DNA from: Erysipelotrichaceae bacterium
GTDB taxonomy: Bacteria > Bacillota_I > Bacilli_A > Erysipelotrichales > Erysipelotrichaceae
Direction of reading: 5' to 3'
Length of the DNA: 32,000 nucleotides
Assembly (NCBI GenBank): GCA_963676105.1
Contig: OY781039.1
Span: 1,560,001-1,592,000 of the forward strand
Shown here: positions 9,327 to 16,985 of the stretch, one piece after another
Position numbering within the stretch: the first letter of the stretch is position 1
How the letters are laid out: the number at the start of each line of letters is the position of its first letter
Notes under the pieces: generated by a model
Seen by the model: only the letters and a program-made list of their open reading frames with translations
What the model was told of the DNA's origin: nothing
Databases searched by the model: none
Made by a program: the position numbers and the translations under genes

Positions 9327-9996
9327 AATATTAGAACTAAATAATATCAAAAAATCCTATGGTGAAACTGAAGTTCTACATGGACTTAGCTTTGATTTAG
9401 AAGAAGGTTCATTTACATCAATCATTGGACAGTCAGGTTCAGGTAAAAGTACGCTTCTCAATATCTTGGGAACACTTGATAATGCGAGTCAGGGCAGTCT
9501 TAGAATTAATGGTGTATCAACGGAAACACTAAAAGGCAAAAAACTAGCTGAACTTAGAAATACTACACTTGGCTTTATCTTTCAATTTCATCACTTGCTT
9601 CCAGAATTTTCAGCTCTAGAAAATATTTTGATGCCTGTTAAAATCCAAAAAGGAAAAGTCACAAAAGAGGATTTACAATGGGCAGAAGAGCTTATAGAAG
9701 TCGTTGGGTTAAGTAAAGTTAAAAATAATAACGCCTTTAAAATGTCTGGTGGTCAACAACAACGTACTGCTATTGCACGTGCACTTATGAACAAACCTAA
9801 ACTCATCTTAGCAGATGAACCAACCGGAAACTTAGATAGTGATACAGCTGAAAATATTTACCAACTTATGCGTTCAATTAATGCAAAGTACAACACAAGT
9901 TTCCTAATCATTACACATGATCAAGATATAGCTCAAAAAGCGGATCGAATTATCGAAATAAAAGATGGACATATTGTGCTAGATGTTTCTAAATGA
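9319..9996 (+). CDS. ABC transporter ATP-binding protein (LolD/MacB-type)
   Basis: Walker A GQSGSGKST, signature MSGGQQQR, Walker B LILADEPTGNLD. 8-nt overlap with the permease gene. Confidence 0.9.
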   Translation: MAKILELNNIKKSYGETEVLHGLSFDLEEGSFTSIIGQSGSGKSTLLNILGTLDNASQGSLRINGVSTETLKGKKLAELRNTTLGFIFQFHHLLPEFSALENILMPVKIQKGKVTKEDLQWAEELIEVVGLSKVKNNNAFKMSGGQQQRTAIARALMNKPKLILADEPTGNLDSDTAENIYQLMRSINAKYNTSFLIITHDQDIAQKADRIIEIKDGHIVLDVSK

Positions 9997-10040
9997 TTAA
10001 AGTGCAAAACATGTATCTGTTTAGATTTTATCTTTAAATT

Positions 10041-10076
10041 AAAAAAACTGGAGTTCATTTGAATTCCAGTTTTTAT
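10041..10076. terminator. Bidirectional rho-independent terminator between the convergent ABC operon and nrdJ
   Basis: A-run, 10-bp stem actggagttc (10047-10056) / gaattccagt (10061-10070), T-run. The stem has one G.U pair on the + transcript, which is a mismatch on the - transcript. Confidence 0.7.
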
Positions 10077-10083
10077 ATATAAT

Positions 10084-12594
10084 TTATAATCCGCACTTGA
10101 GTTGAGCATTACAGTTGGTACATGTATTACATCCACCAATTTCCTCAACTGTACCTTCTAAGCAGATAGGACAGATATCACCAACTTCAACACCGATGTT
10201 ACGGTCTTGTCTGTCAGCTCTTAAGTCTGTTTTCTTTTCTTCAGGTTGTTGTTCTTTGACATTGACTCCAAAGTCATGGACTAAGTCCATTTGAGCCCAG
10301 TTGTTTTCATCATCATTGGTGAGTGTGAGAACTTGAGCATCACGTGATCCATCAACATAAACTGTTCCGCCTTTAGCTTTACCTGCGTAGAGTCTCTCAT
10401 AGATTTTTTGAACTTGTCTAACGGTAAATCCACGAGGGGCATTAACTGTTTTAGAAATTGAAGAATCAATCCATCTTTGAATTGCACATTGTGTATCAGC
10501 GTGTTCTTCAGGTGTAAGATCCATAGCGGCGACAAAGTACTCTGGGAGTGTTTGTCTTGTATATTCAGGATTGAGTTCTAAGAAGTCATCCACGATTTGT
10601 GCATTAACTTCAATAAACTTACCTAAACGTCCAGAACGATAATAACTAAATGAGAAGTAAGGTTCGAGTCCTGTAGATACACCGACCATAGTCCCAGTAG
10701 AACCGGTAGGGGCAATCGTTAATAAGTGAGAGTTACGGATACCATGTTTGAGAACACCTTGACGAATTTCTTCACTCATGGTTTTCATGTAGCCGGTATT
10801 GATAAATTCTTCTCTAGATTCTAAGAATGGGAATGAACCCTTCTCAGCAGCTAGATCAATGGATGTTTTATAAGCAGATTCTGCGATTGTTTTAAATACT
10901 TCATCTATCGTCTCGATTGATTCAGGTGAACCATAACGTTTCTTAGACCAGATGAGTAAGTCATGAAGACCCATAACCCCTAATCCAACACGTCTTTCGC
11001 TTAAAGCTTGAGTTTTATTTGGCTCTAGGAAGTAAGGTGTATCATCAATAACGTTATCTTGCATACGTACAGTTAAGGCAACTGTATGAGCAAGTGCATC
11101 GAATTGGATTTCGCCAGTTTTGCGATCAACGAAGTTTGCGAGATTAACAGCCGCTAAGTTACAAACTGAATAAGGCGCTAATGGTTGTTCACCACAAGGG
11201 TTAGTTGCGACAACTTTTTGTCCATAAGCTTTTGCGTTTGTCATATCGTTAGCATTATCAATGAAGAAGATACCTGGTTCTGCAGAATAGGTAGCACAGA
11301 AGTTAATTAAGTCCCATAGGTCTCTTGCTTTAATGGTTCTGTAAACTTTAACAGGATAGCCCATTTCTTCCCATTCACGAACATCACCAATTTCATGCCA
11401 TCTTAGATCATAAACTTCTTTTTCTTCTTTAGAGAAGTTTTGTAAATCTGGGAATCGTAATTGGAAGTCGCCATCATTTTCAACAGCGTTCATAAATTCT
11501 TTAGTGATTGTGACAGATATATTAGCTCCTGTTAAGAACTCAGGATTTAAAACTTCTAATGTTCCTCCATCAGCGAGTTTTGATCGAGCGTGGTTGATAA
11601 TATGTTGTTCAGCAGTTTTGCTTTCAGCTAATTCTTCATACATTTCTCTTTCAATACGTGAGAATTCTTTATATTTAATATGCTTTTCAGCTTCTTTACG
11701 AATTTGTTCATCATTTGAATTTTCAATAAGCCATTTTAAGACTTTAGCATTTTGCATCTTTGAAATGATGAATTCAATGATATCAGGATGCCAGTCAGCC
11801 ATCATGATCATTTGCGCACCACGACGTGAGCCACCTTGTTCAACTAAGTGTGTTAGGTTAGCTAAGTCATTTAACCAAGAAACAGCACCTGATGATTTAC
11901 CACCAACGCCTTTTGCAGGAGCACCTTTTGGTCTTAGTGTTGAACCATTAGTCCCAACACCGCCACCACGTGACATGATTTCCATAACTTCTTTACGGTG
12001 TTCTGAAATACCACCACGTGAATCATGGACAAAAGGCATAACAAAGCAGTTGAAGTATGTAACTTGAGTGCCTGATCCAGCACCAAATAAAACACGTCCT
12101 GCAGGGATGGTGTTCATCTTCTCTAATTGTTCAGAAAAGAGTTGTCCATATTTTTCTTGATCAGCTTCTGATTTTTCAGTAGAGGCTAATGCATGACCTA
12201 CGCGGCGTGCAATTTGTTCATAATATATTTCAATCGGTTTATCTACTTGATGAAGTGGTCGTTTAACAAGGCCGGTTTCAGCCTCGGTTTCATCTTCGAG
12301 GGATCCACGGAATTCTTCTTCAAGTAAGATAGAGACAATATCCCCATCAATAGCTTGAACAGATCCGATACCACGAGAAGGGAATTTAGGGTCTTCTTTT
12401 ACAACTGTAACAACAATATCACCAACACCAAGTGTTTTATGACTTCTATCTTTTTGCGCATAACGATCGAGCATGACTAAACGAGACACGCCTTGGTGTG
12501 TTAGTTTATCAGTCTCTAAAATTTGATAAATATGCGGAAAATGCGTACTGATGTCCGCATTCAGCTTTTGTACAGTTACATCTGAATACTTCAT
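10084..12594 (-). CDS. nrdJ: Adenosylcobalamin-dependent ribonucleotide reductase, class II
   Basis: 836 aa. RNR barrel motifs (NPCGEQPL, TIAPTGS). No ATP-cone. C-terminal Cys-rich tail CPICLEGTVEEIGGCNTCTNCNAQLKCGL, typical of class II enzymes. Confidence 0.9.
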   Translation of the reverse strand: MKYSDVTVQKLNADISTHFPHIYQILETDKLTHQGVSRLVMLDRYAQKDRSHKTLGVGDIVVTVVKEDPKFPSRGIGSVQAIDGDIVSILLEEEFRGSLEDETEAETGLVKRPLHQVDKPIEIYYEQIARRVGHALASTEKSEADQEKYGQLFSEQLEKMNTIPAGRVLFGAGSGTQVTYFNCFVMPFVHDSRGGISEHRKEVMEIMSRGGGVGTNGSTLRPKGAPAKGVGGKSSGAVSWLNDLANLTHLVEQGGSRRGAQMIMMADWHPDIIEFIISKMQNAKVLKWLIENSNDEQIRKEAEKHIKYKEFSRIEREMYEELAESKTAEQHIINHARSKLADGGTLEVLNPEFLTGANISVTITKEFMNAVENDGDFQLRFPDLQNFSKEEKEVYDLRWHEIGDVREWEEMGYPVKVYRTIKARDLWDLINFCATYSAEPGIFFIDNANDMTNAKAYGQKVVATNPCGEQPLAPYSVCNLAAVNLANFVDRKTGEIQFDALAHTVALTVRMQDNVIDDTPYFLEPNKTQALSERRVGLGVMGLHDLLIWSKKRYGSPESIETIDEVFKTIAESAYKTSIDLAAEKGSFPFLESREEFINTGYMKTMSEEIRQGVLKHGIRNSHLLTIAPTGSTGTMVGVSTGLEPYFSFSYYRSGRLGKFIEVNAQIVDDFLELNPEYTRQTLPEYFVAAMDLTPEEHADTQCAIQRWIDSSISKTVNAPRGFTVRQVQKIYERLYAGKAKGGTVYVDGSRDAQVLTLTNDDENNWAQMDLVHDFGVNVKEQQPEEKKTDLRADRQDRNIGVEVGDICPICLEGTVEEIGGCNTCTNCNAQLKCGL

Positions 12595-12624
12595 ATTGAA
12601 AACCCCTTTTGATTGATACGTTTT

Positions 12625-12633
12625 ATTTTATCA
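12625..12633 (-). promoter_or_regulatory. Candidate extended -10 promoter (TGaTAAAAT) for nrdJ
   Basis: The minus strand reads caTGaTAAAAT about 30 nt upstream of the nrdJ ATG. The AAGGGG SD lies between them. Confidence 0.4.
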
Positions 12634-12671
12634 TGATTGCCTATGTGTCATTCATGAAAGTGACTTACATT

Positions 12672-13133
12672 TTATAGTTCTTTTGAGAAAACAAAATCTG
12701 ATAATCTATTAATGTATTTAATAAAGTCTATATTAATACTCTCTGATAATGAATAGGCAATTAACACTCTTTCGACGCGTCTTACTTTTGCGCGAATAAG
12801 ATGCAAATGAGCTTTTAATTCATTGTCGAATGGAAAGATGAATTGATGTGTTAGATTTTGTTTTTTCTTAATTTCTTGATCAAAATAATCAATGTGTTCA
12901 CTTAAATCTATATCATCTAAGTAGCCTGAAAGAACACTACTTATTTGATAGAGATCGTTGACCACCATGACACAATCTTTTTTGTCTAAGTGAAATAAAG
13001 ATTGATGATAGATGAGTTCACTTGATAATTCGTCAATTTCACCTAAAAGGTTAATTAATGGATCACTTTTAGACAAGCGTTTATTTTTTACATCTGTTTG
13101 GCCAGTATCGCCCTTTTTAGTTGAGATTGTCAT
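12672..13133 (-). CDS. pduO: PduO-type ATP:cob(I)alamin adenosyltransferase (short form)
   Basis: 153 aa. N-terminal TKKGDTGQT matches the PduO-type T-K-x-G-D-x-G-x-T ATP motif. Helical-bundle-like remainder. Last gene of a cobalamin-riboswitch-controlled unit. Confidence 0.75.
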   Translation of the reverse strand: MTISTKKGDTGQTDVKNKRLSKSDPLINLLGEIDELSSELIYHQSLFHLDKKDCVMVVNDLYQISSVLSGYLDDIDLSEHIDYFDQEIKKKQNLTHQFIFPFDNELKAHLHLIRAKVRRVERVLIAYSLSESINIDFIKYINRLSDFVFSKEL

Positions 13134-13638
13134 TGAATTGATATTTCCTCATGAGTTGTTTAATCACTCGATAAATCGGCTTATATAACAATATTATAAG
13201 GATATAATTGGACGCTGCGTGAACTAAATCAAACAAAAGTCCTCTAAACCAATAAATAAGTCCCATATTGAAACCATACAAAAGCGCATGTTGAGCCGCA
13301 AAGAGGAGACCAAAAGCAAATCCAAAGAGGGCACCTGAAATAGCCCAAAACTGGTCTTTGTCTTTAATGAGTGGTTTCAAGGCTTGAACGATAATCATCC
13401 ACAATGTCCAAATCCATAGATACGCTAATACCCAATCACCAAAGCCCCAAACTAAACCCTCTAATAATGAGAATATAAAAACGACAATGAGGGATTCTTT
13501 CCAATTTATAAATTGAGCTATGATCAAGAACAAGAGTGTAACAAGTTCAACATTTGGAAGAGAAGCCATTGCGATTTGCGAAACAAAGGCAGTTGTGGCG
13601 ATTAATGCAAGCAATATCCACCGTTTAAGTGAGCGCAT
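13117..13638 (-). CDS. ECF-transporter S-component-like membrane protein, putative cobalamin-specific (CbrT-like)
   Basis: 173 aa, 5-6 hydrophobic helices rich in aromatics and Gly. Position under a cobalamin riboswitch, between a DUF4430-like gene and an adenosyltransferase gene. The family assignment rests mainly on context. Confidence 0.5.
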   Translation of the reverse strand: MRSLKRWILLALIATTAFVSQIAMASLPNVELVTLLFLIIAQFINWKESLIVVFIFSLLEGLVWGFGDWVLAYLWIWTLWMIIVQALKPLIKDKDQFWAISGALFGFAFGLLFAAQHALLYGFNMGLIYWFRGLLFDLVHAASNYILIILLYKPIYRVIKQLMRKYQFNDNLN

Positions 13639-13640
13639 GA

Positions 13641-14084
13641 TTAGTAAGTAGATGTGAAGTTTAATTCAAAATTATCTTGATCATAGATGCTTTGAAGATC
13701 AATACCGTTACAAAATCCTGCTTCTAAACAATCAACGTTATTCTCTGAATTGATTAACCACCAAGGACCAGTTGTCATATCCTCAGTTATATCTTCATTG
13801 ATGGAAAGAATCATTCTTCCCCAGGTATCCGTTTTTTCACCACTATAAGTGATTTCGATTTCATCATAGAACTCATCAACTTCATCTAATAAATCACCAA
13901 GTGTTTCTGAATCGGTATGAACTGTATTTTCAAATACAACTGTTTCACCTTCTTCAGTATCTACCACAATAGAAAGTTGAATATCTTTTTCACCTTCCAT
14001 TCTTGGGAAAATCATTGGTTTTAGAAGTCCGTAGGCTCCAAATGCGACCAATAATACTGTAATAATGCTTAAAAATTTCTTCAT
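13641..14084 (-). CDS. Membrane-anchored or secreted DUF4430-like protein (transcobalamin beta-domain-like), putative extracellular cobalamin-capture protein
   Basis: 147 aa. N-terminal hydrophobic anchor MKKFLSIITVLLVAFGAYGLL. C-terminal pattern TGPWWLINSENNV...GIDLQSIYDQDNFELNF resembles DUF4430 (G.W...vNg....l.dgD...f.y). First gene after the riboswitch. Confidence 0.55.
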   Translation of the reverse strand: MKKFLSIITVLLVAFGAYGLLKPMIFPRMEGEKDIQLSIVVDTEEGETVVFENTVHTDSETLGDLLDEVDEFYDEIEITYSGEKTDTWGRMILSINEDITEDMTTGPWWLINSENNVDCLEAGFCNGIDLQSIYDQDNFELNFTSTY

Positions 14085-14099
14085 GACTAGCCTCCTTAA

Positions 14100-14126
14100 A
14101 TAAAAAACACATCCTTAAGATGTGTA
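14100..14126 (-). terminator. Intrinsic terminator forming the riboswitch expression platform
   Basis: The minus transcript reads acacatc-ttaag-gatgtgt followed by UUUUUUA, immediately before the AAGGAGG SD of the DUF4430-like gene. An upstream cttaagat (about 14150-14158) can pair with atcttaag inside the terminator as an alternative, antiterminator-like helix. Confidence 0.65.
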
Positions 14127-14179
14127 AAAAAGACAGTTTGTGCCTTTTTATCTTAAGTCCCAGAAGATAATGGAGTTTG

Positions 14180-14335
14180 CTTTTGTTGGCAGGTCTACTG
14201 GCTGATCGTTCATCCTCTAAGCACCTTCCCGAAACGTTTCTCTCAGTGGTATCTTGCTTATCGTCACGACCTACAGTTGCTGGGACAGCTTTGTTTACTA
14301 CAAATTCCCTATTGAGCTCATTGAGCACCAAAGTA
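14180..14335 (-). promoter_or_regulatory. Cobalamin (AdoCbl-type) riboswitch aptamer
   Basis: The minus strand carries the conserved elements. GGTGC...AGGGAA at + coords 14305-14310. GCTGTCCCAGCAACTGTA at 14271-14290. CCACTG...GGGAAGG at 14221-14249. B12 box CAGCCAGTAGACCTGCCAAC at 14185-14204. Confidence 0.85.
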
Positions 14336-14344
14336 AGCATGTTC

Positions 14345-14350
14345 ATTATA
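14345..14350 (-). promoter_or_regulatory. Consensus -10 box (TATAAT) upstream of the riboswitch
   Basis: Perfect TATAAT on the minus strand about 10 nt before the start of the aptamer. No convincing -35 at 16-18 nt spacing. Confidence 0.35.
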
Positions 14351-14390
14351 AGTCAATTTGTGGTAAATTGATGTGAAATTTCTTAAAAAC

Positions 14391-14418
14391 TTGACCATTA
14401 TTTAAAAAAGCGTAAAAT
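14391..14418 (+). promoter_or_regulatory. Candidate sigma-A promoter of the ispD-like gene (TTGACC-16-TAAAAT)
   Basis: ttgacc at 14391-14396 and taaaat at 14413-14418, 25 nt upstream of ATG 14444. Confidence 0.45.
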
Positions 14419-14443
14419 TCTATGCATAGTGGGTGATTAAATT

Positions 14444-15085
14444 ATGAATTATTCCGTTGTTATTGCGGCTGCCGGTAAGGGGACTCGTATGGGTCTAAAG
14501 TTCAATAAAATGTTCTTACCAATTGAAGGTGGCAAAACTATTTTAGAAAAAACATTAAGTATCTTTCTAGATGATCCTCGATGCAAACAAATTGTAATCG
14601 TGACTAATCCTGAAGATATTTCTAAACTGATCGACCGTTATGAAGAAGGTCGTATCGTTTATGTTATGGGTGGTAAAACCCGTCAAGAATCCGTCTATCA
14701 TGGCTTGAAAGCCGTAACTGAAGAAATCGTATTTGTTCATGATGGGGCACGTCCTTGGTTGCCACTTGCTGATATTAATAATCTTTTAGAAGCAATGAAA
14801 ACCGAGAAAGCAGCAATCCTTGGTGTTAAGGCTGTACAAACGATTAAAGAAGTTCATGGTGGTTATATTAAAAAGACTATCCCAAGACAGTCTTTATATC
14901 ATGCGCAAACACCTCAAGCGTTCCATATTGGATTATTAATGGAATGTCATCAAAAAGCTGAGAAGGTAAACTTCCATGCGACAGATGATGCGCAATTGGT
15001 AGAAAACTTCTCTGATACGCCTATTAAAATGGTTGAAGGATCATATACAAATACTAAGATTACAACCATTCACGATCTTATCTAA
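14444..15085 (+). CDS. ispD: IspD/TarI-family cytidylyltransferase (2-C-methyl-D-erythritol-4-phosphate or ribitol-5-phosphate cytidylyltransferase)
   Basis: 213 aa. N-terminal VVIAAAGKGTRMG motif, plus VHDGARP and HAQTPQAF motifs of the IspD family. IspD versus TarI cannot be resolved by eye. Confidence 0.75.
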   Translation: MNYSVVIAAAGKGTRMGLKFNKMFLPIEGGKTILEKTLSIFLDDPRCKQIVIVTNPEDISKLIDRYEEGRIVYVMGGKTRQESVYHGLKAVTEEIVFVHDGARPWLPLADINNLLEAMKTEKAAILGVKAVQTIKEVHGGYIKKTIPRQSLYHAQTPQAFHIGLLMECHQKAEKVNFHATDDAQLVENFSDTPIKMVEGSYTNTKITTIHDLI

Positions 15086-15101
15086 ACCAAAATAGATAAA
15101 C

Positions 15102-15129
15102 AAAAAGGAGCGATTGTTAAGCTCCTTTT
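15102..15129. terminator. Bidirectional terminator between ispD and srlB
   Basis: 9-bp stem aaaaggagc (15103-15111) / gctcctttt (15121-15129), 9-nt loop, A/T runs on both sides. Confidence 0.75.
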
Positions 15130-15134
15130 ATGCT

Positions 15135-15500
15135 TTATTGAATGAATTGAATTTCATCTCCAACTTTAATGGTTGGAACTTTATAAGGACTTAATAGTGC
15201 AGCACCTGCCATGAGTTCAGTACCTTCTTCTAAACCGAAGTAGAGAGAGATATGACCTAACTCATTAAGGGTAGTGCCTGCAACATCACCGATGTCTTCA
15301 ACGATGAATTCTTCATCACCAAATTTGATCTTGCTTCCTTTTGTTAAGAAGTTAAGTGGAATTTGTGATTCAGTTTCGTGGATAACACAAACTTCTCTAA
15401 GCCCTGGAGGAGCTGTGTCATTGAATAGAATTAGAATTGGATAGTCTTCGAAAAAGTAATCTGGTCCTAATTCTGTAATCTTTGATTTAATAATAGCCAT
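15135..15500 (-). CDS. srlB: PTS glucitol/sorbitol-family EIIA component
   Basis: 121 aa. SrlB-like sequence including LNELGHISLYF (candidate phospho-His). Confidence 0.85.
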   Translation of the reverse strand: MAIIKSKITELGPDYFFEDYPILILFNDTAPPGLREVCVIHETESQIPLNFLTKGSKIKFGDEEFIVEDIGDVAGTTLNELGHISLYFGLEEGTELMAGAALLSPYKVPTIKVGDEIQFIQ

Positions 15501-15502
15501 AA

Positions 15503-16747
15503 TTATCCTAACATTTCATCCTGCATTTTACGTAGTTTCCAAACAGTGGTTGATGTATCTAAGTTAACATCGTCTTCACTGATGAAAGTCCCTTTAGTTA
15601 TATCACGTTTTGCTGTGACATTTCCAGAAATAAGTCCGATAGGTACTAAGTTCTTTTCACGTACAACTTCGTGATCTTCAATGACACCACGTACACAGAA
15701 ACCACCGATACCATCTAAGCGTTCACCTGCTTTGATATCTTTCTTAGCAACTGCAACTGTATCAGATACTTGACCGCATAGAGGTACGATTGAATGTTCG
15801 CCTTTAAGTACAGCTTTTGCGATTGAAATAGGTGTTTCAAGTGAACCTAAGTGATATGGACGATAAATGATTTGGTGATCATTGTCTGTTTTATTCATAT
15901 AACGGAATGTTTCATCAGCCATTTTTGTTTTAGCTTTAACGATAACGAAAACACCAGGTGCAATACCATCAACGTATTCTACGCAACCATAGTTATTAAG
16001 AACTCCACCTTCGTCTTTTGTACGAAGTTGTTTAACAGTTCCTTTTAAGTCGCCAGAAACACCGTGCATTCCTGTGACATCAGCTTTATAACCAATAGCA
16101 TTAGATAATAAGGTCATTTCTGCCATTGTTTTAGTACCATCAGCAAATGCAGCTAACATATGAGCAGCCATACTACGATCTTTCGCTTCTTGAGCGACTG
16201 AGTCAGGGTTAGCATCTAAACGTAATTTATTATTCTTACCTTTACCAGCAACTAGGACTTCCATACCCATTGATTTAGCAAATTCATAGAGTTCGAATGT
16301 TGCGGCAGGTTCATCGCCATCTGATCCAGTATAAGATAAGCCAGCAGCTTGGAATAGTTTGTATAATAATGGACCGACTGTAATGTCGATTTCTACATTT
16401 AATAATACAACGTGTTTTTTAGCGACTAAGCATTCCATACAAATCTTAGCACCTACTTCAGGAACACCAGTTGCGTCTACTACGACGTCCACATTTTCAC
16501 TTTGGATAACTTCTCTGAAGTTTGTTGTAGTGAGTGTGTCGAATTGTATTGTTGCGTTTGCAGCAAATTCGTCAGCCGCCTTTTTTGCGTTTTCTAATTT
16601 AATATCACTTACGCCAGCAACGACCATCCCAGGGATTGTTGCGATTTGAGAGATCATGCCACGACCCATTTGGCCAGCACCGATAACTCCGACGCGAATT
16701 GGATTGTTATTTGTTTCGCGTTCTAATAATTCTTGATAAATTGTCAT
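15503..16747 (-). CDS. NAD(P)-binding oxidoreductase with C-terminal SAF domain ('predicted homoserine-dehydrogenase-like' family)
   Basis: 414 aa. Rossmann motif VGVIGAGQMGRG at the N-terminus. The C-terminal ~70 aa (AVAKKDIKAGERL...VTAKRDITKGTFISEDDV) look like a SAF domain. 2-nt gap to srlB. Confidence 0.75.
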   Translation of the reverse strand: MTIYQELLERETNNNPIRVGVIGAGQMGRGMISQIATIPGMVVAGVSDIKLENAKKAADEFAANATIQFDTLTTTNFREVIQSENVDVVVDATGVPEVGAKICMECLVAKKHVVLLNVEIDITVGPLLYKLFQAAGLSYTGSDGDEPAATFELYEFAKSMGMEVLVAGKGKNNKLRLDANPDSVAQEAKDRSMAAHMLAAFADGTKTMAEMTLLSNAIGYKADVTGMHGVSGDLKGTVKQLRTKDEGGVLNNYGCVEYVDGIAPGVFVIVKAKTKMADETFRYMNKTDNDHQIIYRPYHLGSLETPISIAKAVLKGEHSIVPLCGQVSDTVAVAKKDIKAGERLDGIGGFCVRGVIEDHEVVREKNLVPIGLISGNVTAKRDITKGTFISEDDVNLDTSTTVWKLRKMQDEMLG

Positions 16748-16791
16748 TTGTTATACCTTTCCATGATTAAACATCATTTGTAAACGCCTAC

Positions 16792-16820
16792 ATCATAGAA
16801 CGAGCAATTTATGTTGTCAA
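16792..16820 (-). promoter_or_regulatory. Candidate promoter of the oxidoreductase-srlB operon (TTGACA-17-TATGAT)
   Basis: Minus-strand ttgaca (+ coords 16815-16820) and tatgat (16792-16797) with a 17-nt spacer. Confidence 0.5.
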
Positions 16821-16837
16821 TTTTGTTATTGTAAGTG

Positions 16838-16912
16838 TAACAAATGTGAATTTTTGGTAATATTGTGAATAGATGAAAAGAATTATCAAGCAGTTTTTGG
16901 AACATTTGTGAA
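16838..16912. promoter_or_regulatory. Three direct copies of a 12-13-bp box (t)AAYAwwTGTGAA between the divergent PTS promoters
   Basis: taacaaatgtgaa at 16838-16850, taatattgtgaa at 16858-16869, aacatttgtgaa at 16901-16912. The last two are each preceded by tttttgg. A weaker copy, acacatttgg, lies at 16929-16938. Confidence 0.4.
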
Positions 16913-16939
16913 AAAACCATGACTTTTGACACATTTGGA

Positions 16940-16968
16940 TTGACTTTGATATAGCGCTTTCATAAAAT
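16940..16968 (+). promoter_or_regulatory. Candidate promoter of gutM-srlA-srlE (TTGACT-17-TAAAAT)
   Basis: ttgact at 16940-16945 and taaaat at 16963-16968, about 60 nt upstream of the GTG at 17030. Confidence 0.5.
16949..16962. promoter_or_regulatory. cre-like (CcpA-type) site in the gutM promoter spacer
   Basis: The minus strand reads TGAAAGCGCTATAT against my recollection of the cre consensus TGWAANCGNTNWCA. The two 3' positions mismatch. Confidence 0.35.
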
Positions 16969-16985
16969 CGAGTTAGCTAAGGCAA

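Noticed and set aside
11504-12067. 187-aa + strand ORF antisense to nrdJ.
   Set aside because: It lies entirely inside a well-supported, motif-rich RNR gene. Its product is low-complexity (S/I/C/P-rich) with no recognisable motif, start context or SD. It is a typical shadow ORF.
12595-12671. Looked for NrdR boxes upstream of nrdJ.
   Set aside because: Only two TCATGA hexamers (one on each side of ATGACACATAGGCAA) are present. They do not resemble the paired 16-bp NrdR-box pattern as I remember it.
13990-14371. 118-aa (-) and 64-aa (+) ORFs in the region upstream of the DUF4430-like gene.
   Set aside because: The region carries all the conserved elements of a cobalamin riboswitch and its terminator. 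The ORFs run through structured RNA and lack SD sequences.
14444-15085. Deciding between IspD (MEP pathway) and TarI (CDP-ribitol synthesis) for the cytidylyltransferase.
   Set aside because: The family motifs are shared, and no ispF, tarJ or other pathway neighbour is in the window. I kept the generic IspD-family call rather than a pathway claim.
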